From assembly GCA_964393815.1 (NCBI GenBank), contig CAYMUP010000001.1:1-62799 (forward strand): 62,799 nucleotides of DNA. The letters are read 5' to 3'. The translations under genes and the position numbers were made by a program. Shown here in pieces: positions 17,010 through 25,649 of this stretch. The notes below the pieces were generated by a model. That model saw only the letters and a program-made list of their open reading frames with translations, did no database searches and had not been told where the DNA came from. Position 1 is the first letter of the stretch. Each line of letters opens with the position of its first letter. The DNA comes from an uncultured Candidatus Saccharibacteria bacterium (GTDB taxonomy: Bacteria > Patescibacteriota > Saccharimonadia > Saccharimonadales > UBA4665).

Positions 17010-18398
17010 CTAGGCATATAGTCGCTCCTTGATGTCCTGAATGGCGCTGCGAAGCTCGGGGTTAAGTTGCATCTCATGTTCGATTTTTTCGACGGAATGC
17101 ATGGCAGTAGTGTGATCTTTGCGGCCGAGTTCATGGGCAATTTTGGGAAAACTAAGGTGCAGCTCGCTCCGCAGCAGGTACATGGCAACTTGTCTCGGTA
17201 CGACAATATCTTTGTCGCGCTTAGGACCAACGATGTCCTCGAGGCTGACTAGGTAGTGTTTGGCGCAGCGCTCGATTATCTGTTTGGCGCTTAAGTGCTT
17301 TGGTCTTGAGTGGCCAGCGCCCAGTAGACCCGTAGCGATGGCTAGGTTTGGTTCGAGCGCACGCATTTCACAAAAGGCGAGAAGCTGGTTGAGCGCGCCT
17401 TCGAGTTCACGAATGTTGGTTTGGATGTTGACCGCCAGATACTCAACGACGTCGGTCGGCAACTGCACTCCTCGTGATTCGGCCTTTGACTGCAAAATAG
17501 CGCACCGGGTTTCATAGTCGGGGTTTTGCATGTCGATACTCATCCCCCAAACAAAACGGCTCTTGAGGCGGTTCTCGAGGGTGGGGATTTCGCCGGGGGG
17601 TTTATCGCTACTAAGGATAATCTGGTGATTGGCCTGGTGGAGAGCGTTAAAGGTGTGAAAAAACTCTTCCTGGATCTTTTCTTTGCCGGCGAGGAACTGC
17701 ACGTCGTCTACGATGAGTACGTCGGCGCTTCGGTAGTGGTCGGCAAAGGCGGTGTTTTTCTTGAAGCGCAGGGCGTCGACAAACTCTTGTACAAACTGCT
17801 CGCTCGTAACGTATACGACACGGGCACCGGGTTTGCTAGCGAGTACAGCATTACCGACAGCCTGTATGAGATGTGTTTTGCCTATTCCAGCGCCGCCGTA
17901 AAGAAAGAGGGGGTTGTATTTCGTGCCTGGTTCCGCGGCAATAGCTTGACAGGCGGCATAGGCGAGTTCGTTGGCAGCGCCGACAATGAAAGTGTCAAAA
18001 GTATAGCGTTCATTTATACCTTGTCGGTAGGTGTGGCTGAGGGGGGAGGTTGAGGGAATGGGAGGTGGGGTTGTGGCGGTGGGGGCGTGAACAGGACGAG
18101 GCTGGGGCGCTAAAACTTCAACCGGAATCTCTGGTGCTTTGGTTTGGGGTTGAGCGGGCAAAATTTTATAGCTGATTTTAGGCGAGGTTAGGCCATTTTT
18201 TTGCAGCGTCTTACTAATAAGGTCATTATATTTGCCTTCAAGCTGTTGCTTTATAAATATGTTTGGCGCACCAATGACCACGTTGTCGCCGTCAACACTA
18301 ACAAGCTGGGAGTTTTTAAACCACGTTAGGTAGCTGGCTCTTGATAGGCCAATCTCGACTTCTCCTAATACGGTTTGCCACAGGCGTTCGGTCTGCAT
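17010..18398 (-). CDS. dnaA: chromosomal replication initiator DnaA
   Basis: LFLYGGAGIGKTHL (Walker A), LIVDDVQFLAGKE, and the C-terminal DNA-binding helix region ELGRKDHTTAMHSVEKI. Confidence 0.97.
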   Translation of the reverse strand: MQTERLWQTVLGEVEIGLSRASYLTWFKNSQLVSVDGDNVVIGAPNIFIKQQLEGKYNDLISKTLQKNGLTSPKISYKILPAQPQTKAPEIPVEVLAPQPRPVHAPTATTPPPIPSTSPLSHTYRQGINERYTFDTFIVGAANELAYAACQAIAAEPGTKYNPLFLYGGAGIGKTHLIQAVGNAVLASKPGARVVYVTSEQFVQEFVDALRFKKNTAFADHYRSADVLIVDDVQFLAGKEKIQEEFFHTFNALHQANHQIILSSDKPPGEIPTLENRLKSRFVWGMSIDMQNPDYETRCAILQSKAESRGVQLPTDVVEYLAVNIQTNIRELEGALNQLLAFCEMRALEPNLAIATGLLGAGHSRPKHLSAKQIIERCAKHYLVSLEDIVGPKRDKDIVVPRQVAMYLLRSELHLSFPKIAHELGRKDHTTAMHSVEKIEHEMQLNPELRSAIQDIKERLYA

Positions 18399-18467
18399 AT
18401 GTTTAAACTATCCCCATTCCACCCATGTTCGATTACTGTGTATAACTATACGGCACAGTGGGGGTTG

Positions 18468-18589
18468 TTTTCCACAATAATTTATACAACTATTGTCTGT
18501 GAGAAAGATTACAGATAAGAGGTGAGTTATCCACAGGAGTTAACGACCCCTGTTATACTTGTGGAAAAGACTTGGCAAAAGGTGGAAAA
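18468..18589. promoter_or_regulatory. DnaA-box cluster upstream of dnaA (oriC / dnaA promoter region)
   Basis: Perfect consensus TTATCCACA at 18527-18535, TTTTCCACA at 18468-18476, TGTGGAAAA at 18560-18568 and GGTGGAAAA at 18581-18589. An AT-rich stretch follows at about 18660-18724. Confidence 0.7.
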
Positions 18590-18724
18590 GTTGCTATAGT
18601 TGACTCTAACGCTACGACAGGGAAGGGTACGGAGGTGAGCTAAACCCGCCGATGTGGTATACTACCAGTAGTAGCAAATCTTTGTAATACTAATGTAAAA
18701 AAGAGAGTTCAAGAGAGATTTTTT

Positions 18725-18862
18725 ATGCCAAAACGAACCTATCAGCCTAAAAAACGCCATCGCTCACGTGAGCATGGTTTTATGAAGCGAATGGCTAGCC
18801 GTGCCGGTCGCTTGGTGCTAAAGCGCCGCCGAAACAAAGGCCGCGTCCGTCTTTCGCACTAA
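18725..18862 (+). CDS. rpmH: 50S ribosomal protein L34
   Basis: 45-aa ORF not in the supplied track (below the length cutoff): [45 protein letters not shown]. Located upstream of rnpA. Confidence 0.92.
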   Translation: MPKRTYQPKKRHRSREHGFMKRMASRAGRLVLKRRRNKGRVRLSH

Positions 18863-18909
18863 AGTCTTATAGCGTATCTTCAGAGAGAAAGGTAGCTTCG
18901 TAAGCGAGT

Positions 18910-19290
18910 ATGGTTACCTCAAGACATCGTTTTCAAGGTAGAAATAGTCTCAGCGCCGCATATCGGCGCGGTACCGTAGTGCGCGGCCAGTCGTTGCAGC
19001 TGCGAGTACTCAAAAATCAAAGTGCTTCGTACCGCTTAGCGGTAGTGGTAAGTAAAAAGGTTCATAAGTCTGCGGTGGTCCGTAATCGCATTCGCCGAAG
19101 GCTGTATGAAATTGCTCGGCTTCGCTTGAGCGAAACGAACCGCGACGACCTCATAATTAGTGTCTTTGACCTGCGCCTCGCCACGATGCCAGCGGCCGAC
19201 CTACAAAAAACTGTTGTAAAACTCTTTGAACGTGCGAACTTACAGCTTACAGATAGCGCTCAGCGTGCTATAGTGGAGTTCGAGGTTTAG
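18910..19290 (+). CDS. rnpA: ribonuclease P protein component
   Basis: 126 aa. VVVSKKVHKSAVVRNRIRRRLYE (RNR motif). rpmH-rnpA-yidC synteny. Confidence 0.88.
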   Translation: MVTSRHRFQGRNSLSAAYRRGTVVRGQSLQLRVLKNQSASYRLAVVVSKKVHKSAVVRNRIRRRLYEIARLRLSETNRDDLIISVFDLRLATMPAADLQKTVVKLFERANLQLTDSAQRAIVEFEV

Positions 19291-19293
19291 TTT

Positions 19294-20316
19294 ATGTTTC
19301 ATAATTTTGTCGTTTTACCCATATTTAACCTACTCGTTACCATCTATGCCCTCATACCTGGGCATAATTTTGGCTTAGCGCTTATCATTTTTACGGTAAT
19401 TATCCGTCTTTTGATGTGGCCACTGGTCAAAAAACAGCTTCGTCAGGCTAAAGTAACCCGTGCGCTCCAGCCAGAGCTAAAACGCATCAAAAAAGAAGCC
19501 GCCGGAGACCGCCAAAAAGAATCCATGATGATGATGGAGCTCTACAAAGAGCGTGGCGTCAATCCGTTCGGCTCTATACCGACGCTTATCGTGCAGATGA
19601 TCATCCTCTTTGGGCTCTACGCCGGGCTGATGAAGGTCATCAAAGACCATAAGCAAATTGTTGATATGGCCTACCCTTTTTTGCAGGACTTGTCGTGGCT
19701 AAAACATCTCGATAAAAACATTCATCTTTTTGATAACTCCCTGCTTGGTGTTGTTGACCTAGCGCGGCCGGCGATCGGACCCAAAGGCTTTTACTTGCCG
19801 GCATTTCTGTTAGTCGTAGGCAGTGCTGCTATTCAGTTCTTAACTAGCCGTCAACTGATGCCAACCGACAAAGATAGCCGTAAGCTGCGAGATATTTTGA
19901 AAGATGCGGGTGACGGCAAGCAAGCTGACCAATCAGAAGTGAGTGCGGCTGTCGGTAAAAATATGCAGTACATCATCCCCCTAATGGTGTTTGTTTTTAC
20001 TATCAACCTAGCGGCAGCTCTCAGTCTCTACTGGTTAGTAGGTGGACTGGTCGCGTATGTGCAGCAAAAAATTGCGCTTGGCGAGGAGACAGATGATCTT
20101 ATGGAAAGCGTCGAAAAGCCTCGACGCACTACCGCTCGCTCTAACTCAAAGTCAACTCCAAAACGTCCCACCGTCTCTTTGCCTACAGAAGAAACAGACG
20201 TGATTCGCACCAAGAGTGGCAGCAAAATCACCTACGGCGATATACCTGAAGCAGAAATTATCTCAAACACCCAAACTACCACTAAAGCCCGCTCTAAAAA
20301 AAGAAGGAGGAGATGA
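19294..20316 (+). CDS. yidC: membrane protein insertase YidC (short Gram-positive type)
   Basis: Multi-TM protein. IIFTVIIRLLMWPLVKKQ ... MMELYKERGVNPFGS. Basic C-terminal tail. Synteny supports the call. Confidence 0.88.
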   Translation: MFHNFVVLPIFNLLVTIYALIPGHNFGLALIIFTVIIRLLMWPLVKKQLRQAKVTRALQPELKRIKKEAAGDRQKESMMMMELYKERGVNPFGSIPTLIVQMIILFGLYAGLMKVIKDHKQIVDMAYPFLQDLSWLKHLDKNIHLFDNSLLGVVDLARPAIGPKGFYLPAFLLVVGSAAIQFLTSRQLMPTDKDSRKLRDILKDAGDGKQADQSEVSAAVGKNMQYIIPLMVFVFTINLAAALSLYWLVGGLVAYVQQKIALGEETDDLMESVEKPRRTTARSNSKSTPKRPTVSLPTEETDVIRTKSGSKITYGDIPEAEIISNTQTTTKARSKKRRRR

Positions 20317-20789
20317 CGATGAACGATTCTATAGACGATGCAATTTTATACGGCAAAAAGTATCTTGAGGACCTCCTCTCGTTTTTTGGTCTCAATACTG
20401 ATGTGTATGCCACTAGTGAAGACGGCGAAGTTGTGGAGCTCAATGTGCCCTCGACACATCTCAACGGTTTTTTGATCGGCCAGCGGGGCGATACTATGCG
20501 TTCGCTGCAGTTTCTTGTCAGTAGCGCGCTCAAAAGCCAAGGCTACGCTAAAAACCGTGTCAACGTCGACATTGCTGACTACAAAAAGCACCATGCCGAC
20601 CGAGTAGCCGAGCAAGCCGAGGAATGGATCAAAAAAGTCAAAGAAACAGGCGAGCCGTACGAAGTAAAGTCTATGAATCCGGCCGACCGGCGTACCATAC
20701 ACCGCGTGGCGGCTGATGCTGGACTTGTGAGCGACTCTGTCGGCGAAGGCCGAGAGCGACACATTGTGCTTAAGCTACCAGAGGAGTAG
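20313..20789 (+). CDS. jag: Jag/KhpB-type KH plus R3H RNA-binding protein
   Basis: ATGA overlap with yidC. C-terminal R3H region PADRRTIHRVAADAGLVSDSVGEGRERHIVLK. Confidence 0.8.
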   Translation: MTMNDSIDDAILYGKKYLEDLLSFFGLNTDVYATSEDGEVVELNVPSTHLNGFLIGQRGDTMRSLQFLVSSALKSQGYAKNRVNVDIADYKKHHADRVAEQAEEWIKKVKETGEPYEVKSMNPADRRTIHRVAADAGLVSDSVGEGRERHIVLKLPEE

Positions 20790-20792
20790 GCC

Positions 20793-21776
20793 TTGCAGAC
20801 TAAGCGTATTGTTGTGCTTGGTGGCGGCACCGGTAGTTTTACGCTCCTCCAGTCGCTGAAGGGTTTGTCACCCAAGATTACTGCCATCGTTAATATGTGT
20901 GACGATGGCGGTTCCACTGGCGTGCTCCGCGATGAACTTGGGGTTTTGCCTCCCGGCGACGCCAGACAGTGTCTCGTTGCGCTCAGTGAAAGGCCAGAGA
21001 TCCGAGAACTTTTTGACTACCGTTTTGATGGTGGTCGCTTGAGCGGTCAGTCGCTAGGCAACATCATCTTATCTGGCCTAGAGCTGCAACATGGGAGCTT
21101 CGAAAAGGCCGTTGAGGTAGCGAGCCGCATTTTGCGCATCCGTGGGCACGTTGTGCCAGTGGTGCTTGGTGACCATAAACTAGTTATGGACGATGGAGGC
21201 AAAGAAGTTGTAGGCCAGTTTAACATTCGAAATCACGTCGTAGAGTCGGAGGCACCTCGGGTTCGCCTAGAGCCAGTCACAACCCTAAACCCCAAAGCAA
21301 ACCGTGCAATTCGTAAAGCCGACATTGTGGTTATCGCACCTGGCGGTTTGTATTATTCTCTTTTGCCCATATTTTCGGTAAACGGCATGAAAGAAGCACT
21401 GCAGGAGACGTCGGCGCAGGTAGTGTGTGTGTCGAATCTCATCGAACGTAAAGGTCGGGCGGAATCATGGCATGTCGTAGATCATGTGAAGACTATTGAG
21501 GAGTATGTTGGTGAGGGTACGATTGATGTGGTGCTGTATAACAATGCGCCTCTTGAACAGCACCTCATCGAAAGATATGCCGCAGAGGGTGATCATCCAG
21601 TGCTTATTACGCCCGATCGTTTTACTGAAATTGGGTGTAAGGCGGTAGGTGCGCCGCTAATTTCCCCCACACTACACGTGCAAGATGCCGCAGATAAGGC
21701 CATCCAGCGCACGCTTATCCGTCATGATGCCGACCGCGTCAGTGAAGAAATAGCGAAATTTCTTACAGAAAAATAG
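20793..21776 (+). CDS. YvcK/CofD-family (UPF0052) protein
   Basis: TTG start. VVLGGGTGSFTLLQSLKG ... IVNMCDDGGSTGVLRDELGVLPPGDARQCLVAL. Confidence 0.8.
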   Translation: MQTKRIVVLGGGTGSFTLLQSLKGLSPKITAIVNMCDDGGSTGVLRDELGVLPPGDARQCLVALSERPEIRELFDYRFDGGRLSGQSLGNIILSGLELQHGSFEKAVEVASRILRIRGHVVPVVLGDHKLVMDDGGKEVVGQFNIRNHVVESEAPRVRLEPVTTLNPKANRAIRKADIVVIAPGGLYYSLLPIFSVNGMKEALQETSAQVVCVSNLIERKGRAESWHVVDHVKTIEEYVGEGTIDVVLYNNAPLEQHLIERYAAEGDHPVLITPDRFTEIGCKAVGAPLISPTLHVQDAADKAIQRTLIRHDADRVSEEIAKFLTEK

Positions 21777-21835
21777 TTGACCATATTACAAAAACATGAG
21801 AAAATTTCTTCAATCGAAACGAAGGAGTAGACTTC

Positions 21836-24826
21836 ATGTGTGCGTCGAAGATGTTTCGGGTGGGAATGCTAGCTGGTTTTGCGGTTTTATTCGGTACTCT
21901 CGAGTTTGTGCGGGCTGAGACTGTTTCTGCGCCTATGCGGCCCGACTGGCTTCAGTCATCAGAGGTCAGTACCCTACGGGTGTCTGATCTGCCAGATAAC
22001 GTGCCGATTGAGACGCTTGGGTATAGTTGTCAGGGTCGCCAACCACAGTCTGGGATTGCAAACGGTTGGTGTATCGTGCAGACGCCTGTCGGTAAGGTGG
22101 CAAACCAAGTGCTGCTTGATGGCCCCAAGGGCGCCTACTCTCTCGACTATTTTTATGGGTTTATGGGGCCAAGCATCCCTGGCCACCCCGAAAAAGTTTT
22201 AACCTACTATTCGCCAAGCTCGGGTGGCTGGGTGATGCAGGTTAGCACCTATGACGCAAGCAAACTTGTTTACCACGAACAGTCCACGCCTGGGCTGGCT
22301 ACCAAAAAGTGGTACGATTACCGCCCGGTTTCACCCGTTTCGTTACTTGGTTCAGACGGTCAAACGGTAAAAGTAAACGCCAAATCTCTGGCTTTCTCGG
22401 AAAACGGCAACTGGATGGTCGTAGGACTAACGGCGGGCGGATTTATGCTGTATGACACGCAGACATTTACGGGTCGAGCCGTCAGCGTCGAATCCGTCAT
22501 GAATGTGCCTGGCTCTGACTTCGCCGGTGCGAATCTTGCAGTTAGCAACGACGGTAAATATATAGCGGTCAATGTAAATCTCGGTACGCCGACGCAACCA
22601 GTGCCAACTTTGCGGGTCTACGACACGACCACCTGTCTTGACCAGTATAAATATCTGCTGCTTGGCCAGCGGGACAAGAGTAATGCCTGCGAGTTTCGCG
22701 ATGTGTGGAGCGATACATTCAGGAGTGCTAGTGGTAGTCAGGCGGCCAAGACGAGCGCGGTGGGAGCCGAGTATCCGTACCATCTGCGGTTTATGGCTAG
22801 CAACTCGCTCACGTTCGATGCGGTCTACGCTCGGACCAGCTCCACCGCCTTTAAGGCCGCGCGGTACGCGGTGACAGTAGGCACTGAAGCCGCACCGCCG
22901 ATGAGCCTACTCGGTATGGGCGACTCGTACATCTCTGGCGAGGGAGCATTTAATTACCGATCGCCTACCGACACTCGGGGCAACAAATGCCACAACTCAT
23001 GGTCGTCGTACCCTTACCAGCAAGGCTATCGCTACTACCCGTGGGCAGCTTCGGTGGCGTGCTCTGGGGCGGTGATGTATGACGTTACTTTTGATAAGAG
23101 CAGTTATCTCGGCCAATCGCGCGTCAGGCCAAACCTGCGTTGGGATATGCGGGCTAACAACTTCCAGGAAATCGTTAAAAGTAACTTCATACCTGGTTAT
23201 CAGGGTCAAGTAAACTTCGCTAAAGATCTTCACCCGCGCGCCGTACTCCTTTCGGTAGGTGGCAATGACATCAACTTTGCAAATATCGTGACAGGGTGTG
23301 TTTCAAACACACAGGAGGGCAGCTGCTACCCGTACTACAAAGAGCGCAAAGAACTGATGATGGATATCGCCAGCAAATATGCTGACCTCAAGTTGACCTA
23401 TGAGACCGTAAAAAGAGAGAGCAAGGGCCGCGTCTACGTCATGGGCTACCCAGAGATCGCCAAGCCCGGTGGCGACTGCGGTGCCAACGTGCACCTTGAC
23501 GCAGATGAAGTGCAGTTCAGCTCTGACCTTGTAAAATTTCTAAACAAGGTTATCAGTAGTGCCGCCTCAGATGCAGGGGTCTTTTATGTCAATAACGAGC
23601 GAGCCTTGTACGGCAATCGACTCTGCGAAGTTGGGCCAAACAATCTACAGGCGGTAAACGGGCTAACATACGGACAGGAGGGCGGTTTTTGGTTTGTGCA
23701 CCTTGTCGGCAACGAGAGCTTCCACCCCAATGCGCTCGGGCACAAGCTGCTCGGCGCAAATGCCGTTAGTCGCACAGGCAACTTCACAGCCGCCATGCCA
23801 TACTCTACAAAACTCGGCGCACCTAAGATTTTAGATAGCGATCCGCTGCTCGCCGGCCGCAAACCCTCGACCGCAAACTACAACCGCATCATATGGAAGG
23901 GCGTGTCGAGTACACCGTCTGCCCTAAAACGGGGTGGCAAATACATCTTTGACGCTACTAAGGTGTCTTTTAAGGCGTTCACTCACACCATGGTGGTGCT
24001 GCACTCGGACCCAGTTACGCTCTATGAAGGCACGCAAGGCGCAGGGAATAGTACTATCGAGCTGACTATACCCCAATCGGTACCAACCGGTTTTCATATA
24101 TTGCACGTGTACGGCACGGGCGAAGACGGCGAGCTGCTAGACGTCGCCGAAGTAGTCTATGTGGCAGAGAGCGAGACCGACTATGACGGAGACGGCGTGC
24201 CAAACAACCAGAGTCCATGCAAAATCGTACCTGCGAGCGGCGTAGACACAGACGGCGACAGCGTAGACGACGCCTGTGATGCGCAACTTTTTGAGAGTGA
24301 AATTGCGAGCGACCCCGACTTGATTGCGCCGCAGAACAGTGAGCCTGTAGACGTCAATTTATTTGATGCGCCAAGCAACGAAGAAACATCGAGTGGCAGC
24401 CTGCTTCGTTACGTCCCGTCAGCTCCTCCGTCGCCGCCAGCGCCAGAAACCCCACCTCAACAAACACCAGAGGAGCCTAACGAGCCACCGACTCAGGGTC
24501 AAAATGCATCTGCAACCACAATCACCACTTCCGTTAGTAACCCTTCTGCTCCACTGCTACAGGCTGTAGCAGCCACTAGCACAGTACAACAATCCCCAAT
24601 CGGTATTGCCGACATCTTTACCGAGGAGATTTCACAACCGACAGCGCAATCTGCCGTGCTGGCCGCCGAGTCTAAACAGCCCAGCTCGCATCTAAACAAG
24701 CGGGTAGCTACGACAACCAAGCCAGAGAGCAGCAAAAAAGTACGGGTTACCCTACTGCTTACGGCGCTTTGCGGTAGTGTACTACTGCTTGTCCGCAGGC
24801 GCAGCCGTGCAAAAGACGTGCGCTAG
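21836..24826 (+). CDS. large surface protein: N-terminal signal, beta-rich region, SGNH/GDSL hydrolase domain, thrombospondin-type-3-like Asp repeats, Pro-rich linker, C-terminal TM anchor
   Basis: RBS GAAGGAG. LLGMGDSYISGEG (GDSL block I), SVGGNDINF (block III-like), DYDGDGVPNN ... DTDGDSVDDACD, PSAPPSPPAPETPP, and the terminal LLLTALCGSVLLLVRRRSRAK. Confidence 0.65.
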   Translation: MCASKMFRVGMLAGFAVLFGTLEFVRAETVSAPMRPDWLQSSEVSTLRVSDLPDNVPIETLGYSCQGRQPQSGIANGWCIVQTPVGKVANQVLLDGPKGAYSLDYFYGFMGPSIPGHPEKVLTYYSPSSGGWVMQVSTYDASKLVYHEQSTPGLATKKWYDYRPVSPVSLLGSDGQTVKVNAKSLAFSENGNWMVVGLTAGGFMLYDTQTFTGRAVSVESVMNVPGSDFAGANLAVSNDGKYIAVNVNLGTPTQPVPTLRVYDTTTCLDQYKYLLLGQRDKSNACEFRDVWSDTFRSASGSQAAKTSAVGAEYPYHLRFMASNSLTFDAVYARTSSTAFKAARYAVTVGTEAAPPMSLLGMGDSYISGEGAFNYRSPTDTRGNKCHNSWSSYPYQQGYRYYPWAASVACSGAVMYDVTFDKSSYLGQSRVRPNLRWDMRANNFQEIVKSNFIPGYQGQVNFAKDLHPRAVLLSVGGNDINFANIVTGCVSNTQEGSCYPYYKERKELMMDIASKYADLKLTYETVKRESKGRVYVMGYPEIAKPGGDCGANVHLDADEVQFSSDLVKFLNKVISSAASDAGVFYVNNERALYGNRLCEVGPNNLQAVNGLTYGQEGGFWFVHLVGNESFHPNALGHKLLGANAVSRTGNFTAAMPYSTKLGAPKILDSDPLLAGRKPSTANYNRIIWKGVSSTPSALKRGGKYIFDATKVSFKAFTHTMVVLHSDPVTLYEGTQGAGNSTIELTIPQSVPTGFHILHVYGTGEDGELLDVAEVVYVAESETDYDGDGVPNNQSPCKIVPASGVDTDGDSVDDACDAQLFESEIASDPDLIAPQNSEPVDVNLFDAPSNEETSSGSLLRYVPSAPPSPPAPETPPQQTPEEPNEPPTQGQNASATTITTSVSNPSAPLLQAVAATSTVQQSPIGIADIFTEEISQPTAQSAVLAAESKQPSSHLNKRVATTTKPESSKKVRVTLLLTALCGSVLLLVRRRSRAKDVR

Positions 24827-24842
24827 TGTTACTATGTAGCTA

Positions 24843-25448
24843 ATGCTTAAAAAATCTCAACATGGTTTTAGTGCACACTTACTTTTGCCGGTTGTAGCGA
24901 TTTTAGCTGTAATCGGCATCGGTGGGTTTCTGGCAAAACACTATTACGACATGAGCCAGCAGCGCAAAGAGTTTATGACCGCAAAAGCAGAGGTAAGTAA
25001 ACTCGGTGAACTCGTCGCAAAAGAAACCAAGCCAACAAAACACCAAGCTGTCCAGTTCTGCGACTACGGCCACGCTAAATGGGGTCCAGTCGGCAGGACA
25101 TGCTGGGCGGAGTATTTCTTGCAGTGGAACTTCGTGGATGAGCAAAAGGCGATTGATATCTTCAACTCTGAAACAGACACAATAAAAAAACTATCAACAA
25201 ATTATAAGGTTACACAAGACGGTACCAATAAAAACTACTCAGCTTTGAGGGGCGAGCTGTTTAAAACACCAAGCACTTCACTCCAGTGTGACAGGTATTT
25301 GTATTATAACGACGACAATGAAATCCAAAGCAATAATCGCTTGTCACTTCCGGGTTTGCCGTTTGAGCCAGAAAAAAACAGTGCTATCATGAACATCTCG
25401 TGCAGCGGTGATGCAATGGCAGAGTATTTCCCAGTCCGTAAATCTTAA
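24843..25448 (+). CDS. hypothetical N-terminally anchored protein (201 aa)
   Basis: ATG ORF with the TM helix LLLPVVAILAVIGIGGFLA. Several Cys residues. No motif recognised. Its last about 24 nt overlap repeat copy A. Confidence 0.5.
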   Translation: MLKKSQHGFSAHLLLPVVAILAVIGIGGFLAKHYYDMSQQRKEFMTAKAEVSKLGELVAKETKPTKHQAVQFCDYGHAKWGPVGRTCWAEYFLQWNFVDEQKAIDIFNSETDTIKKLSTNYKVTQDGTNKNYSALRGELFKTPSTSLQCDRYLYYNDDNEIQSNNRLSLPGLPFEPEKNSAIMNISCSGDAMAEYFPVRKS

Positions 25449-25493
25449 AATGAGGTGAAACTCACCTCTGTCAATAACATATCCCAGGTGAAA
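25425..25493 (+). repeat. dispersed dual-GTGAAA element, copy A (long form)
   Basis: TATTTCCCAGTCCGTAAATCTTAAAATGAGGTGAAACTCACCTCTGTCAATAACATATCCCAGGTGAAA. GTGAAA hexamers start at 25455 and 25488, 33 nt apart. Confidence 0.75.
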
Positions 25494-25649
25494 TGAATCT
25501 CCCATCACCTGACGGTCGGTGATTTTCTTGCCCCGCAACTCCGACCTGCGGTCGTAGTTGCGCCCGTACCCTACAAATGCTAGTGGCATTTATAGGTAGC
25601 GTTCGGTTCAACCCCGACCTGACGGTCCGGGTATGCACGCGTTAGCTAA

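Noticed and set aside
16724-17230. 168-aa minus-strand ORF spanning the dnaA-dnaN spacer.
   Set aside because: It overlaps the 3' end of dnaA out of frame and runs through the DnaA-box cluster. It is Cys/Arg/Pro-rich with no motif. The spacer is better explained as oriC and the dnaN promoter.
24700-24826. Sortase sorting signal at the C-terminus of the 996-aa surface protein.
   Set aside because: A hydrophobic helix plus a basic tail is present, but no LPxTG-like motif precedes it. I called it a plain C-terminal membrane anchor.
24843-24950. Type IV pilin-like N-terminus (KSQHGFSAHLLLPVVAILAVIG).
   Set aside because: A G-F follows a basic stretch, but position +5 is Leu rather than the conserved Glu. 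The segment reads as an ordinary signal anchor, and no pilus genes are nearby.
25601-25631. T-loop-like GGTTCAACCCC in the 25.5-kb gap.
   Set aside because: The T-stem is only 4 bp. There is no matching acceptor 5' strand (CGTCAGG) upstream and no anticodon arm. The motif is part of the third CCTGACGGTC hairpin.
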